Shown here: piece by piece, positions 27,898 through 42,650 of the stretch
Position numbering within the stretch: position 1 is the first letter of the stretch
Layout: each line of letters begins with the position of its first letter
Origin: Octopus vulgaris
Lineage: Eukaryota
Length of the DNA: 64,000 nt
Direction of reading: 5' to 3'
Assembly (NCBI GenBank): GCA_951406725.2
Contig: OX597835.1
Span: 29,450,001 to 29,514,000, forward strand
Position numbers and translations under genes: made by a program
Notes under the pieces: generated by a model
What the model saw: the letters and a program-made list of their open reading frames with translations, nothing else
What the model was told of the DNA's origin: nothing
Databases searched by the model: none

Positions 27898-28147
27898 TGA
27901 TACTGTACCAACAAGTTTCTCTTTATTGTTCTACTATTAGAAAACTTCGAATGACCTGTCCTTGTTTTCTTTGTATCGTCTATCTGGATGTTTTGTTGTC
28001 CCTTTTTTGTATCGCCTAGTTGCCCGGATGTTTTGCGTTCTCGTCCCATTTTGCCTTTTATATATATATATATGAATTTATATATACTATGAGTATCTAA
28101 GCATACACTTATTCATATACATAAATACATACATATATATAGATATG

Positions 28148-28189
<42 letters not shown>

Positions 28190-28206
28190 ATATATGTATG
28201 TATATG

Positions 28207-28277
<71 letters not shown>

Positions 28278-28462
28278 AGTGAATGGAATAAATGGAGTTG
28301 AACGAAGATTGTACAGAATACCTTTTATTACATTCTACACATTCTACACCAAATGGTCTTATCTCCAACCGTGCTGTTTTCCGCTGTGATTTTTGCTACC
28401 CAGGTATCGGTTAAACCTTTGAATAATCTGTTACAAGAAAATTCATCTTTCTATTTCAACAA

Positions 28463-28496
<34 letters not shown>

Positions 28497-29522
28497 GTAT
28501 ATGTATAAATGTATACATACATAGTCATACGTCTATATAAATTTATATACACGAGCACGAAGATCTTAATTATGACTGCTTTTAGACCGGCTGATTCACG
28601 TATATTAACTAACTTACACGCGGGAACATAAATAGCAATGTCCCAGTTTTTCACGTAAAATATATATTTACTGCGTATGTTACAATAAAATTAATTTCCG
28701 TTCTCCTTTGAGTCATATCTTTATTTACAGTTTAATACCGAACCTTGTCGCGTTAAAAATCCTGTTTCTTAGGCCGAGGAAGACGTATATGTGAAGTGTC
28801 TGTGTGTTTATTGCCACTTAGATTATGGTTTACATAATTTATTTCGTCGGGCAATCTAGAAGCTTCCATGGCTTACGTAATAGAGGAATTAATACGAACA
28901 CTCAGTTGATGGAACAAAATATTTATGTAAAGCACATACGTAACAATCGCCAGCCTAAACACATATGTGTATATCTATGTGCGTATGTTTTGATAAAAGT
29001 GTCAAAGATATAAAATATACATTCAGTATTCCTAAGATGTATATATTGGTATGCGTTAACTATAAAATGTACATATAATACATATAATCCCTAAAAAGGA
29101 AAATAAATAAGAAATAATTCTTTGTGGTACGAACATAAATTTGTGACTCAGATACAGAGAACACCAAATGTTTTAGAGAATGGTAAATTGTCTTAAAATT
29201 GCTTGTGTTTAAGTTTATATATTCCCATAGTTCCATAAAGAACAAACACAAATATATGACTCAAGATGAAAGATAACACTTATTTACATAACCATTATAA
29301 AATTGTATTATTTCACTAGCGTATACGTGACGTCACTTGCTGACGGTAAATATGTTTATTTTACTGAAATGGACGTGAATTGATAATAACATAAATTTAA
29401 AATTTAGAAAACTATGGATATACAAACCAAGGGAAATAACTTCAATATGATTCGAGTTATCTTCCTTCGCGTTTCGAGACATATATAAATTGACAACGGC
29501 ATTTATTATTAGCGGGATGTTT

Positions 29523-29747
29523 AAGGCGGTGAGCTGGCAGAATCGTTAGCACGCCAGGCAAAATGCATTATGGCATTTCGTCCGTCTTTACGTTCTGAGT
29601 TCAAATTCCGCCGAGGTCGACTTTGCGTTTCATTTTTTCAGGGTCGGTAAGTTAAGTACCAGTGAAACACTGGGGTCGATGTAATCGACTGGTCCCCCCA
29701 CCCCACAAATTTCAGGTCTTATGCCTATAGTAGAAAGGATTATTATT
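29523..29747 (+). mobile_element. SINE family M, full length
   Basis: GGCGGTGAGCTGGCAGAATCGTTAG head, GAGTTCAAATTCC B-box, central domain, ATT tail. Confidence 0.9.
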
Positions 29748-30664
29748 AATGTGTGTTGCCTAGGTGTTTAAGTTCATATACTTTGCATAAAGTAGAGCAT
29801 AGACAACAAGCCTACAACTAATCATTTCTGAAGTCAATGGATCTGCTCAAAATAACAGCCATTTGGTCTTTAAATTGCACCTCGTTGTCTTGCAAAAGCC
29901 AAACGAAAAATGCATAATGCGGTCTTGGATACACCAACACAACGCAAAGCTTCTCTGTGAATCGAAACCACGATGTTGCTATCCTGTGCGCAACATCCTA
30001 ACTAATTAATCACGCGTCTTCACATGCATGCATGCATGTATTTAGGAAGGTAGATAGGTAGGGGAGGAAGGGAAGTAGGTATGTAGGAGGGGAAGGGAGG
30101 CAAAGAGGTAGGTAAGTAGGGGAGGAAGGTCAGTAGGTAAGTAGATAGGTAGGTATGTACGTAGGTAGGTAGGTAAACATTCTATGTACAAACACGTTAA
30201 CGAAACGATAAATATATAATCCGGAATCTGTGCGTCTATTCGAAAAATTATACATATACGTACGTGCGTGCGTGCGTGCGTGCGTGTGTGCGTGCGTGCG
30301 TACGTACGTACGTACGTACGTATGTATGGATGTATGTATGTATGTATGTATGTACGTACGTGCGTTTATATGTGTGCATGTTATTGATGTTTTATTTGTT
30401 CCAGTGGTCATGCTGGGGCTCCGCCTACAAGCAATTTAGTCGAATGACTTATATTCTTTTGTTTTCAAGCCTGATATTTACTCTATCGATATCTTTTTGC
30501 AGAACCGCTAAGTTACGGAAAACGTAAAGACACCAACAGTCACTAACACCAGATATGAAGACGTAGTGGGGGGACGAACACAGTCAGCAACTACACAGAA
30601 ACACACACACACGCGCGCGCGCTTACACACATACACACACATTCACGTACTCACTCACTCACAG

Positions 30665-30709
<45 letters not shown>

Positions 30710-31951
30710 AATTGAGATAGGGGTTGTAAATGCAACCCTCCATGGGATAACATATATCCAATATACTGCTAGTGAAGTACCCAACAAAGTTAATACATAA
30801 ATGTTAAGAATTGCGATGCAATCAATTCATTTACTGTATTATATGGGCAAAGGTAAAATGATTTACCACATATTACTAATACAAGATAAGAAAATGGAGA
30901 AATACATCTAAATCAAATATCAATTATCAGATAATACTCAATCACATACTTTATTAAACCACCACATAAGAGACTGTAGGGTTAAACATAAAAATGCAGA
31001 ACAAATCAGTGTACATAAAGGAATGTACATAAAATAGTGTACAAAAAAGAGTGATGCTGTATAATAAGTAGAATATATATAAAAAAGAGAATATACATAT
31101 AAGTAAATATAAATATAAGTATAGATTACATCTTACAGCTGTTTCAGTCATGTAGATAAGTATGTCTCATTTTGGATTGCGATGCAATCAATTCATTTAC
31201 TGTATTATATGGGCAAAGGTGAAATGATTTACCACAAATTACTAATACAAGATAAGAAAATGGAGAAATACATCTAAATCAAACATCAATTACCAGATAA
31301 TACTCAATCACATTGACCTACCATAAAAGGCCAATATTGGTAAAATGAGACATACTTATCTACATGGCCGAAACAGCTGTAAGATGTAATCTATACTTAT
31401 ATAAGATAAGAAAATGGAGAAATACATCTAAATCAAATATCAATTACCAGATAATATTCAATCACATACTTTACTAAACCACCACATAAGAGACTGTAGG
31501 GTTAAACATAAAAATGCAGAACAAATCAGTGTACATAAAGGAATGTACATAAAAAAGTGTACATAAAAGAGTGATGTTGTATAATAAGTAGAATATATAT
31601 AAAAAAGAGAATATACATATAAGTATATTGACCTACCATAAAAGGCCAATATTGGTAAAATGACACATACTTATCTACATGGCCGAAACAGCTGTAAGAT
31701 GTAATCTATACTTATATGTATATTTACTTATATATATATTCTCTTTTTTATATATATTCTACTTATTATACAACAGCACTCTTTTATGTACACTATTTTA
31801 TGTACATTCCTTTATGTACACTGATTTGTTCTGCATTTTTATGTTTAACCCTACAGTCTCTTATGTGGTGGTTTAATAAAGTATGTGATTGAGTATTATC
31901 TGGTAATTGGTATTTGATTTAGATGTATTTGTCCATTTTCTTATCTTATAT
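30710..31951. mobile_element. Rearranged direct plus inverted repeat cluster of one element family (Penelope-like terminus)
   Basis: 30880-31172 recurs directly at about 31403-31625 and inverted at about 31657-31951; left part is homologous to 56520-56710. Confidence 0.8.
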
Positions 31952-31954
31952 ACG

Positions 31955-32008
<54 letters not shown>

Positions 32009-32086
32009 CGACCGTCACGCAGTGGGCCCGAAACCCAGAACCATGTGGTTGGGAGACAAACTCCTCGCTATACAGGCGTGCCTGTG

Positions 32087-32169
<83 letters not shown>

Positions 32170-32173
<4 letters not shown>

Positions 32174-32327
32174 AAAGTTTACGAAAATAAACAAAAGACG
32201 AAGGCAGGTGGTGTACAAACAAACAAATGTATTAGTATAGCGCTCAGGAATAGGAAAAGTCTTTTACATTTCGAGCCTACGCTCTTCCACAGAAAAATAC
32301 ACAGAAAAAAAACAAGGAGAGAAAAAT
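32170..32327 (-). mobile_element. Third copy of the minimal-hammerhead element (motif 32260-32297, core CUGUGGA)
   Basis: Homologous to 27028-27231. Confidence 0.7.
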
Positions 32328-32343
32328 ATATATATATGTTTTA

Positions 32344-32552
32344 TAAGGGTCGGCCAAAAGTCATATGACAGTAAATCAAAATTCCATAAATGCTGAAAAA
32401 ATGCGTCGCTCAAGGAGGACTTCAGTTTGAAGAATTTTCATGATGTTTCGTACTAAGATGCTTTTATTGGATTCATTCAGTTGTTAAAGATATATAAATC
32501 TTGGAATTAAAAGGTTTCGATTTACTGTCATATGACTTTTTGGCCAACCTTG
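32344..32552. mobile_element. Tc1/mariner-type MITE
   Basis: About 33-bp TIRs (GGCCAAAAGTCATATGACAGTAAATC / GATTTACTGTCATATGACTTTTTGGCC) flanked by TA. Confidence 0.8.
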
Positions 32553-32670
32553 TATATATGCACAAACATATATACAAACATAAATACATGCATTCATTCA
32601 TACATACATACATGCATACCGACATGCTTACATGCACACATACATACATATGTACATACATACATACATA

Positions 32671-32860
32671 TACGATGTGGTGCTGTACAGTTCCTGGCTG
32701 CTTTGGGTAAAATAAAATACGGAACGATCAGTTAATTATGACTTTATTCAACATATTCCCCTCTCAGAATTACACATTGATTGCTGAGGTCCTTAAGTTT
32801 TTGTAAGCCCTGCAACAGGACTAGGAAAGTTGGGCCTCCAACCAGGCCTATTCTATAGGG
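32671..32860 (-). mobile_element. Mariner 3' end remnant
   Basis: GLQKLKDLSNQCVILRGEYVE* resembles the mariner C-terminus; TACGA TIR-like end. Confidence 0.65.
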
Positions 32861-32872
32861 GACATAAACATA

Positions 32873-32954
<82 letters not shown>

Positions 32955-33024
32955 ATGTATATATATATGCTTTTGTGATGTCTTTGCAGGTTTAATGTAA
33001 AAGTATATATATAAAAAATCTTAC

Positions 33025-33058
<34 letters not shown>

Positions 33059-33093
33059 CTTTTTCATTAAGCCTTCAAAAACATCACAAAAGT

Positions 33094-33220
33094 CTGTTAC
33101 TCGGAGTTTCATTTTCCCGTTAGTCGCGCAGTTGTGAAGTTGTGATCAGATTGGAATAAAATTTTACATTCTTGATCAGAACTGTCCGCCGAACGGAAAC
33201 GTGAAACTCTCAGCAAGTTC
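33094..33220. ncRNA. Two inverted, degenerate hammerhead-like motifs (33094-33131 minus; 33179-33220 plus)
   Basis: Plus copy: CCGCCGA-ACG-GAAA-CGU-GAAAC. Minus copy retains GAAAC-UCCGA-GUA-ACAG, as in the 12417 motif. Confidence 0.45.
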
Positions 33221-34109
33221 TATTTTTTTTTTTTTTTTTTTTTGTAATGACTTTGAAGGTTTAATAATAGAAAAAAGCACATAACTCTACCATTTGGTAT
33301 TTGAGTACTACTTTTTAAGCACCTTGTTTTGCATTTATGTGCTTACTCATGTGTGTGCGTGTGTGTGGCGTCCTTTTGTTTCCGTCTACCAAATCCACTC
33401 GCAAGACTTTAGTCGAGCCGACGGTATAATAGAAGACACTTGCCCAAGGTGCCACGCAGTGGGACTGAAGCCGGAACCATGTGGTTGCGAAGCAAGCTTC
33501 TTACCACACAGCCACGTCTATATACACACAAGCATGTGTGTATATGTTCCTGAGTGAGAGTACGACCATATATCTGTGAGTATGTGTATATTGACGCGTT
33601 ATAAGACAGTTTATTTGTATTAACCATTCCGTCAATACTTTGAATCTAAGTTCACTGTCTCTCGACTGTGTGTGTAAAAGCATGTGTACGTGTGTGTATC
33701 TGAGTGTGTGTGTTTGTATGTGTGTGTGTGTGTGTTTGTGCGTGTGAGTGTGTGTGTGCGTGTGTACCTACCTATCTAGCCATCAATGTTTCTCGTGTAC
33801 TGGCGTAACTAGCCTTCTTTCTTCTATCATTGCGTTCGTACACACCCAAGAAGCTGTTACGTCAGAGCTGAAGACACCGTGAGAGAGAGAGAGAAGGAGA
33901 GAAGGAAAGAGTGATGGAGGAAGAGTGAAGGAGAGAGAGAGAGAGAAATAGGGATGCAGAGGGAAGTACAAGAAGAGCAAGAGGAAGTGAGAGAGAGAGA
34001 GAGAAATTAGGAAGAATTAGATAATAAAAGCGATTAGGGCATAGAGCAAAGTTTGTTGTTTTTATTTAACAGGAAGCAATGGATTCGAGAAAAAATGCCT
34101 CGTAGAATG

Positions 34110-35550
34110 GTGGCGACGGCGGTGGTAGTAGTGGAGGGGAATGGGGGGCGTTGTGGTAGTGGTTGTGGTGGAGGTTGTGGGTGTGGTGCTCAATGCGGTT
34201 GTGGTTATGGTTGTGGTAGTGTTGTTGACTGTCAGGATTCTGGTAGTGTTGGTGGTGGTGGTGGTGGTGGTGGTGGGCTGGGAGTTTTGTGGCATGTCTT
34301 TTAATGGTGGGGCTAGTGGAGGTGGTGGTGGTGGTGGTGGTGGTGGTACTGGTGGTGTTGTTGTTGTTGTTGTTGTTGTGTTGTGGTGGTGGTGGTGTTG
34401 GTGTTGTTCTTTTTTTTTTGGTGGAGGATGCGGTTGTTGATGCTGCATGGGTGGAGGTTAGGGTAGAGGGGGGACGGGCTGTGTTGGTGGTGAAGGCTGT
34501 TGTTGACGATTCTCTTGGTGCTTAGAGTAGTAAAGATGATATTGGTGATGGTGGTGATGGTGGTGGTGATGGTGGTAGTGGTGGTGGTGGTGGTGGTGGT
34601 GGTGGTGGTTGGGGCTGTGGAAGAGGTGGTGGTGGCGGCGACGAGAGTTGTAAGTCGTAGGTGGAAGTGGAGGGTGGAGTGCTGGTGCGTTCGTAATGTT
34701 GTTGTTGTTGAGGATAGTGGTCGGGGTGGTGGTGGTGGTGGTAGTGGTGGTAGTGGTGGTGGTGGTAGTGGTGGTTTGGTGACGATGTAGGCGTGTATAT
34801 TACATGATAGTAACTGTGTAGGTGGACGTTTTAGAGTCCATTGTGACGATGATGATGATGAGAAGGAGGAGGAGGTGAAAGGGGTGAGGATGATAATGAG
34901 GAGGAGGGGGATGGCGACGATGACGACGACGACGGTGATGATGACGATGATGATGACGATGATGGTGGTGGTGGTGGTGAAGATGATGCTGATGATGCTG
35001 ATGATGACGACGACGACGACGATGATAATGATGATGATGATGATGATGATGATGACAGGATGTGATGATGATGATGATGATGATGATGGTGATGGTGGCG
35101 GTGGTGGTGACGAAGGTGGTGGTAGTAGTGGAGGTGGTGGATATGTTTTCTGTGATATGGTGGGAATGAGAACGATGATGATGGAAAGTGGTCGGGTGGG
35201 GATGTCGTGAAGTAACGGCACTGGAGAGGACGACTATTGTAGAAACGATGGCAGCGGAGAAGGTAGAGGTGGCAGTGGTGGCGGTGGTGGTAATGGCGAT
35301 GGCGGCGGCGGCGGCGGCGTTGGTGGTGGTGATCATAGAAATGGTGGTGGTTATGGTGATGGTTATATTGCTAGTCGTGGTGGTGGTAATGGTAGTGGTG
35401 GTGGTGGTGGTGGTGGTGGTGGTGGTGGTGGTGGTGGTGGTGGTGGTGGTGGTGGTGGTGGTGGTGGTGGTGGTGGTGGCGGCCGAGATGCTGGTGGTTG
35501 TGGGAATCGTAGTCGCGGATGAGATGATAATGATGATGATGGTGATGATA
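34110..35550. repeat. (GGT)/(GAT)/(GTT) low-complexity triplet region
   Basis: Direct reading; no frame gives a coherent protein. Confidence 0.85.
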
Positions 35551-35552
35551 AA

Positions 35553-35745
35553 CTGAGCTGGACGAACTGTTATAATCTCGGTCAAAATGCTTTGCTGTAT
35601 TTGTTCCGGTCCTTTATGCCCTGAGTTCAAATCCCGTTCAGGTCAACTTTGCCTTTCATCCCTCCGAGGTCGATAAAATTGACCAGCGGACTCACTGTAA
35701 TTGACTATACACCTCACCTAAAATTTGTGCCAAAATTTGAAACCA
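35553..35745 (+). mobile_element. SINE family M copy
   Basis: GAGTTCAAATCCC and GCCTTTCATCCCTCCGAGGTCGATAAA. Confidence 0.75.
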
Positions 35746-35874
35746 TAAACGCCAAGCTTACAGGCAACAGATTAACAGATTAGTTAAGCGAATGTTGACA
35801 GGTTCAGTCAACAAAAGATGGTGTTTATCATGTAAAGAATGATTTGAGTAGAGTCCATTCGAAATAAAGTGTAA

Positions 35875-36206
35875 AGACAGCCTTTGGTCGCGAATGACCA
35901 TGAGATTGCACCTAGAAAGTTCCTTTCCGGGGCACAAGTCCGGATAAGGTTGTTTATGGAAGACCTGCAGTCGCCCATGCATACCAGCCACCTGTCTCCA
36001 CACCACTGCCCAATGTTATCCAAGGGAAGGGCAAAGGCCGATACAGCTTGGCATCAACGACATCGCAACTCATTTCTACAGCTGAGTGTGCTGAAGCAGC
36101 GTGGAATAAAGTGTCTTGCTTAAGAGCACAACACACAGCCCAGTTCAGGAACCGAACTCACTATCTTATGATTGTAAGCGAGACACTCTAACCACTGAGA
36201 TACGCC
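35875..36206 (-). mobile_element. tRNA-headed SINE related to family T with a different 3' part
   Basis: AGTGGTTAGAGTG head and CACTCAGCTGTAGAAATGAGT domain on the minus strand. Confidence 0.7.
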
Positions 36207-36254
36207 TTATTAGGTTTAATAAGGTTGGAAAAGATTGAAAAATAAAGGACAAAG

Positions 36255-36493
36255 ATCTTCCCCGAGTCATATACTCTCATAAGGGTCGGTTTCCCGGTTT
36301 CCGAGGCGCATATATTCCACAGCCCCATGGACGGGACCCTAGTCCCTCGCAGGATCACTCATTTTTGCCAGCTGAGGGAACTGTAGCAACTTGAAATGAA
36401 GTGTTTTGCTCAAGAACACAATGAGTTGCCCAGTCCAGGAATTGAAACCACAATCTTACAATTATGATCCAACACCCCTAGCCACTAAGTGAT
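36255..36493 (-). mobile_element. SINE family T copy
   Basis: Reverse match to 6064-6312. Confidence 0.8.
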
Positions 36494-36599
36494 GGAAAAA
36501 TAGAATATTAATTATATACACACCCATTCGCTCACACACACATATACCTACACAAAGTCTTAAAAACATACAAGGAGTGTCTAAAGAAAGAATCGCAAC

Positions 36600-38625
36600 C
36601 GCCGTGTTCACAGTGTTGTGACCCTTGACCAATTCTTCTACGTCAAGCACGAAAGTTGCTTCGCCAGAGCAAACGCATGTTCTCTAAGAATGGGAGTATA
36701 GAAGCCTCTCACTGGTCTCGAATGGAGAGGCACAACGTGGCAACAGAGCCACAATTCGATATTTGATGGGCTATAATGGTCACATGTTCCCTGACCCCCT
36801 CCCCAAGCAGATGTGAAAGCTATTCAACAGCACTTCTTCGCTTGATTGTTCGGGATCAATGGCGGTCCAGAACGTAGGATGGATTTCAGTACCTACCTCG
36901 ACAGCCTGACATGACTCTCGGTAACAGAGACGGAGTGGTGCCGATAATAGCCGCTGAGATACGATAAGCGATGATTGGATGCCTAGGTTTGGGGTAGACA
37001 AATCGGCTGCTTTGAATGATTTATCCTACGAACTCTAATATACCATCTTTTTTAAAGAGGCCTTTTTACAGATATCTGCTGCAAACAACAGAATTCTTAG
37101 TTCTGTAAGTGGCATTGCGGAGAAGTGATATAGATACTTTTAGGCCCAAGACTCTGCTAAGCCCAAAGTGCGGAGAGATTGGAACTTGGCGAGATTCTGG
37201 TCAATTTAGATTAATTAAAACAGTTCGATAGGGTCGATCACTAATATTTCACGGCTGTTCTCAAGGCGACCCGTTTCCGTCGAGTGTTGTGCAGTTGTAT
37301 TTCCGCAATGTACTGTAACATCCGACCGGTAGTTTGGGAAAACGGTCACAAGTCAGAATTATTCAGTATCATGCTCTTGGCTTGTCAAAGGTGTTACCTA
37401 TCGACTCTTCTGTATGTGCTGACTCTAGAGCCGTTAATGTGGGTAATTAGATACGTTGGGAGACATCCTGCACGAACTAGGTTGGAGAAGGACCTTCATA
37501 GTATCGGACTCCAAACACATAGACATCATCGGAACTATCTTAAGGGAATACGAAGAGATAACAGAGGCAATATTAAGCAAGAAAAATTTAATAGCGCAGC
37601 GGGCCGCTGGGACGAAGGAACAGTTAAATTGCTCAGGGTATCGTTTGCTTCAGATCACTAAGGGGAGAACTGGGACGATGTGAAGAGCAGAGTGACTGAT
37701 CTCACTCAGAAATGGTCCAAGAGAGAGCCATCCATGAAAAGTTGGGCACATACCTCCTGGCCGTCATGCTATCTCCAGTTCACGTCTGGTCGGACTAGAG
37801 AGGCTACACTTCTGCTTTCTATGAACGGGACAAGTTCCACTGATCAAGCGCACTATTTGCTGTCAATACCCGCTGAGCAGAGGGCTGGATATACCGTGGC
37901 TGATGATGCAGACATGCGCTGGCGGTGCAGCATCCCCAGAATTTCCTTGACGCTAAGCAGGTGTTGTCAGACTCCCTTTTCTGCATCTTGCCTCTTCGAC
38001 TAAGCGGTAAACCAAGATCAAGTGTAAACCGAGGCAGGACGCCTAGCAGCTAGAGTGCTGTCAGGTGATCACAATACTTCCCCCTGTGGGAGAAAGTTCT
38101 ACCTTCGTGTTCTATGGTGGGTGGCAAAGAGCAACGATATTCTCGGGGTGATTCTGAGTGTCGTCGGGAATCAATAGGTTAGTATATTCCAGAGGTATTT
38201 GAGCTGGTTTGAAGCCCATGGATAATTTCCAGAAGTCTCTGGCTTGGAAGTAATTACGGAGTGACATTGACGGTTCGAGATAACCTACGCAAGTATGGAA
38301 GTGCCATCAGCCGAGCGTACCCGAGATGCGCGCAGGTGACGAAACAGTTCTTCAAGTGCCGAACATTGCTGACTTGTAAGCTTATGTCGAACAACTACTG
38401 TCGCATGGAGGACGGATCGGGCCATCGGCTGAATTCCTTGTGAAATGGTCTCTGCATCTTCCTTTAGCGTAGTGTTTATCTCTGGCCTTAGCGGAAGCAG
38501 TTGTGCGCTAAACCAGATTGAAAGGGCTGGACACTTTCATCCAGATCTTCAAGCTCTCATCAACTTGAAAAACGCGATGAAGGCTTGGCCGAAGAAAAGG
38601 AAAGTGACAATGCAGAAGAGAGTAC
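36600..38625 (+). mobile_element. Heavily decayed Tx1/L1-clade ORF2 (RT plus C-terminal zinc-finger region)
   Basis: FRP, FDRVDH, LSTLLYVLTLEPL, EGTVKLL, SLAW and LTVRDNLRKYG...YPRC occur in the same order as in 24823-25845. Confidence 0.8.
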
Positions 38626-38630
38626 TGCCT

Positions 38631-39051
38631 TACTCTTTACTCTTTTACTCTTTTACTTGTTTCAGTCATTTGACTGCGGCCATGCTGGAGCACCACCTTT
38701 AGTCGAGCAACTCGACCCCGGGACTTATTCTTTGTAAGCCCAGTACTTATTCTATCGGTCTCTTTTGCCAAACCGCTACGTGACGGGGACATAAACACAC
38801 CAGCATCGGTTGTCAAGCAATGCTAGGGGGACAAACACAGACACACAAACATACACGCACACATATATATATATACATACATATATACGACGGGCTTCTT
38901 TCAGTTTCCGTCTACCAAATCCACTCACAAGGCTTTGGTCAGCCCGAAGCTATAGTAGAAGACACTTGCCCAAGGTGCCACGCAGTGGGACTGAACCCGG
39001 AACCATGTGGTTGGTAAGCAAGGCTACTTACCACACAGCCACTCCTGCGTC
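38631..39051 (-). mobile_element. SINE family C, full length and well preserved
   Basis: Reverse match to 24305-24714. Confidence 0.9.
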
Positions 39052-39067
39052 TTTAACAATGTGCTAT

Positions 39068-39169
39068 GCTTACTGCACCTAGGTTTCCCAAGCGGTCACC
39101 CATCTAAGTACTGACTAGGCTCGACGTTGCTTAACTTCGGCGATCAGACGAGAACCGGTGCTTTCAACG
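39068..39169 (-). pseudogene. 5S rRNA pseudogene lacking roughly the first 15 nt
   Basis: Minus strand reads CGTTGAAAGCACCGGTTCTCGTCTGATCGCCGAAGTTAAGCAACGTCGAGCC...AGTACTTAGATGGGTGACCGCTTGGGAA...GGTGCAGTAAGC, recognisable invertebrate 5S with A and C boxes. Confidence 0.9.
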
Positions 39170-39560
39170 AGAACCGGTGCTAGTTAATTTATTGAAAGGT
39201 GGATGAGAGTAGCAAGAATGGCCTAAGCTAATGGATCTGTAGATTGAGGAATAATGGTGGTCGAGAGAGCACTTACTTTTGCAGTTAGCGTGATCGTGGT
39301 TTCATGAGGTTTCCACAAGTAACCCTAAGAATTCTCCTAACAGTTTGAGAAATATTCCTTGAATTTTTTTTTTGTTTCTTTGTTTTAGGTTACTTTACTG
39401 TTTATATGTCTTCAGTGAACTCCATATCATATCACATCATATCTGTTTTTGTAAGCACTTAGTGGTTGATAAAGAAATCATCATCATCATCATCATTATT
39501 ACTGTTGAAATTTATTGTTGTTGTTATTATTATTATCATCATCATCATCATCATCATCAC

Positions 39561-39627
<67 letters not shown>

Positions 39628-40118
39628 GAAAACTTGTCGAACCGTGAGACGCCTCCTTGTATGCAGTCAGCATTTATATACAATTTAGTTGATAAAATAC
39701 TGCAGAGAAAATGCAGAAAACTTATCAAAGAATCAACTTTGTCTTCATGGTTCTTTCTAAAAAGCTTCAAATAACTTCCATTCTTTTGACTTGTTCAAAG
39801 AAAGAAAACAAAAACAAAACGCAAATAACAGAAAATATTTTTGCAAACATTTCACAGATAGATGTACGCATTTGATGTTTGCCTGCTTTGTATCCGTATA
39901 TAGTATAATGTATGTATGTGCACATGTGAAAGTGTGTGTATGCGTGTGTGTGCGCCTGTGTGTGTGTGTGTGTGATATTTATGCGTACATTCTATAGGCT
40001 GACATATATATGTATGTATGTATGTTTGTGGGTACATTTATACGTATACATACATGCATATATATATACGTCTGTACGAGTATGTATGTACATATATGTG
40101 TTTATTTTATGTATATAA

Positions 40119-40163
<45 letters not shown>

Positions 40164-40379
40164 CGCACACGCACATACACATATATACTTTCCCTAGCCA
40201 CAACAATATATATATATATACATATATATACACTTATTTGATGTTGGTGTATAGCACTTAGTGTGTGCAGATTATATGTATATGTCATGTATATGTGCTT
40301 TCTTCGAATGTTAATGTGTTTATTTGAGTATATACATATACATACATTAATAAATGGGTGCATACACACACACACACAT

Positions 40380-40449
<70 letters not shown>

Positions 40450-40782
40450 TTCGTATATTTGCAACGGTATGCGATGTTTGTATGTATGGGTAGATTCTAC
40501 TCTACAAACAGTTATGTGTGTGTACGCGTGGGTATTAATGTGTATATTATGTGTATATATACTTGTTTCATGCTTATATATCGATGTGAAGTTTGGTGTA
40601 CGCATAGCTTTGTGATGCATATATGCATACATCCTACGATCATGCGTGTATATGTATGTATATGCGTATGAATGACGTAAGCATATATATGTGTGTGTGG
40701 TGTGTGATATATGTGTGCATATATATGTGATGTACGCGTACAATCTACACCCATATATATATATACTTATATACATATAAAA

Positions 40783-40825
<43 letters not shown>

Positions 40826-40829
40826 CATA

Positions 40830-40897
<68 letters not shown>

Positions 40898-42036
40898 TAC
40901 GTACATACTTATTTGAAGTTTATATATCTGTGATGAAAGTGTGAGACTATAAGTTCCATGGTAACATATACACGTTTGATGTTTGTATATATGTATGCAT
41001 GTATGTATTATGTATGTGCATGTACGTTTATACGCATGCAAGTGTGTAAGTATGTATGTGTGTGTATGTATGTATGTATGTATGTATGTATGTATGTATG
41101 TATGTATGTATGTATGTATGTATGTGTGTGTGTGATTTATGTACGCCATCATTCCACGGAGAGATATATTTAATTTTACTTTGAGTATCTGTGTTTGGTG
41201 CATGGTATATATATGAATATATAAGTGCGATGCAGTCTTTTGGGTTTTATTCTTTACTTAACTCGATCATTGGGCTGCGGCCAAGCTGTAGTACCGATTT
41301 GAAGAGTCTTATCGAAAAAATCTGCCACAGCATTTATATTTTAAATCCCATACTTATTGTATCAGTGATGTTCCTCGAAACTTTAAGTTAATAGTTGTCA
41401 AGCATATATGTATCTATACAGGCACACATTCGTGCATATAAGCATACATACTTAAATACATGATGATGGTAGTTGGTTAGTGTCCGGTGACCATGATGAA
41501 AAATGGCGCAATCTCAAGTAGTTGTTTATATAGTTTAAGCTGAGAATTATTCCCCGCAATCTGATTCTTTTGTTTCATATTGGATTTCTGAACACAGTGG
41601 CTCTGTGAGCTAAGACGGCGGGAACGTTGCCTGGCAAGCTATAGGTTCTACATTGGAGTGGCCTTCTCCTGCGTGAAGTGCCTTACAAAACTAGAGATTT
41701 TCCACCTAGCCTGAAGTTGATATGAGCGTGGCTAAAAAGAGCACCTTACTACCTGACCGACTCCGCTCCTGGATTTTCATGTACATATGTATATATAGAT
41801 ATACATACATACATACATACATACATACACACATGTATACATATACATATACATATATATATGCGCATAAATACACACACACATACATACATGCATACAT
41901 ATATACATGCATACATATGTACATGAAAATCAACCTCGACAGTTTTCCTTTCTCAAGGCACTCACACACACAGAAATGCATACACACACAGAGAAATGCA
42001 GACACACAAACATACAGAAATATTTACACGTATATT

Positions 42037-42650
<614 letters not shown>

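Noticed and set aside
33770-33880. Possible minus-strand exon (TCTTCAG ... AG|GTAGGT)
   Set aside because: Donor overlaps a simple GGTA/GATA repeat; no supporting protein similarity.
34053-35630. Gly/Cys-, His- and Pro-rich ORFs suggesting a structural protein
   Set aside because: Overlapping ORFs in several frames arise from degenerate GGT/GAT triplets; no coherent domain or splice structure.
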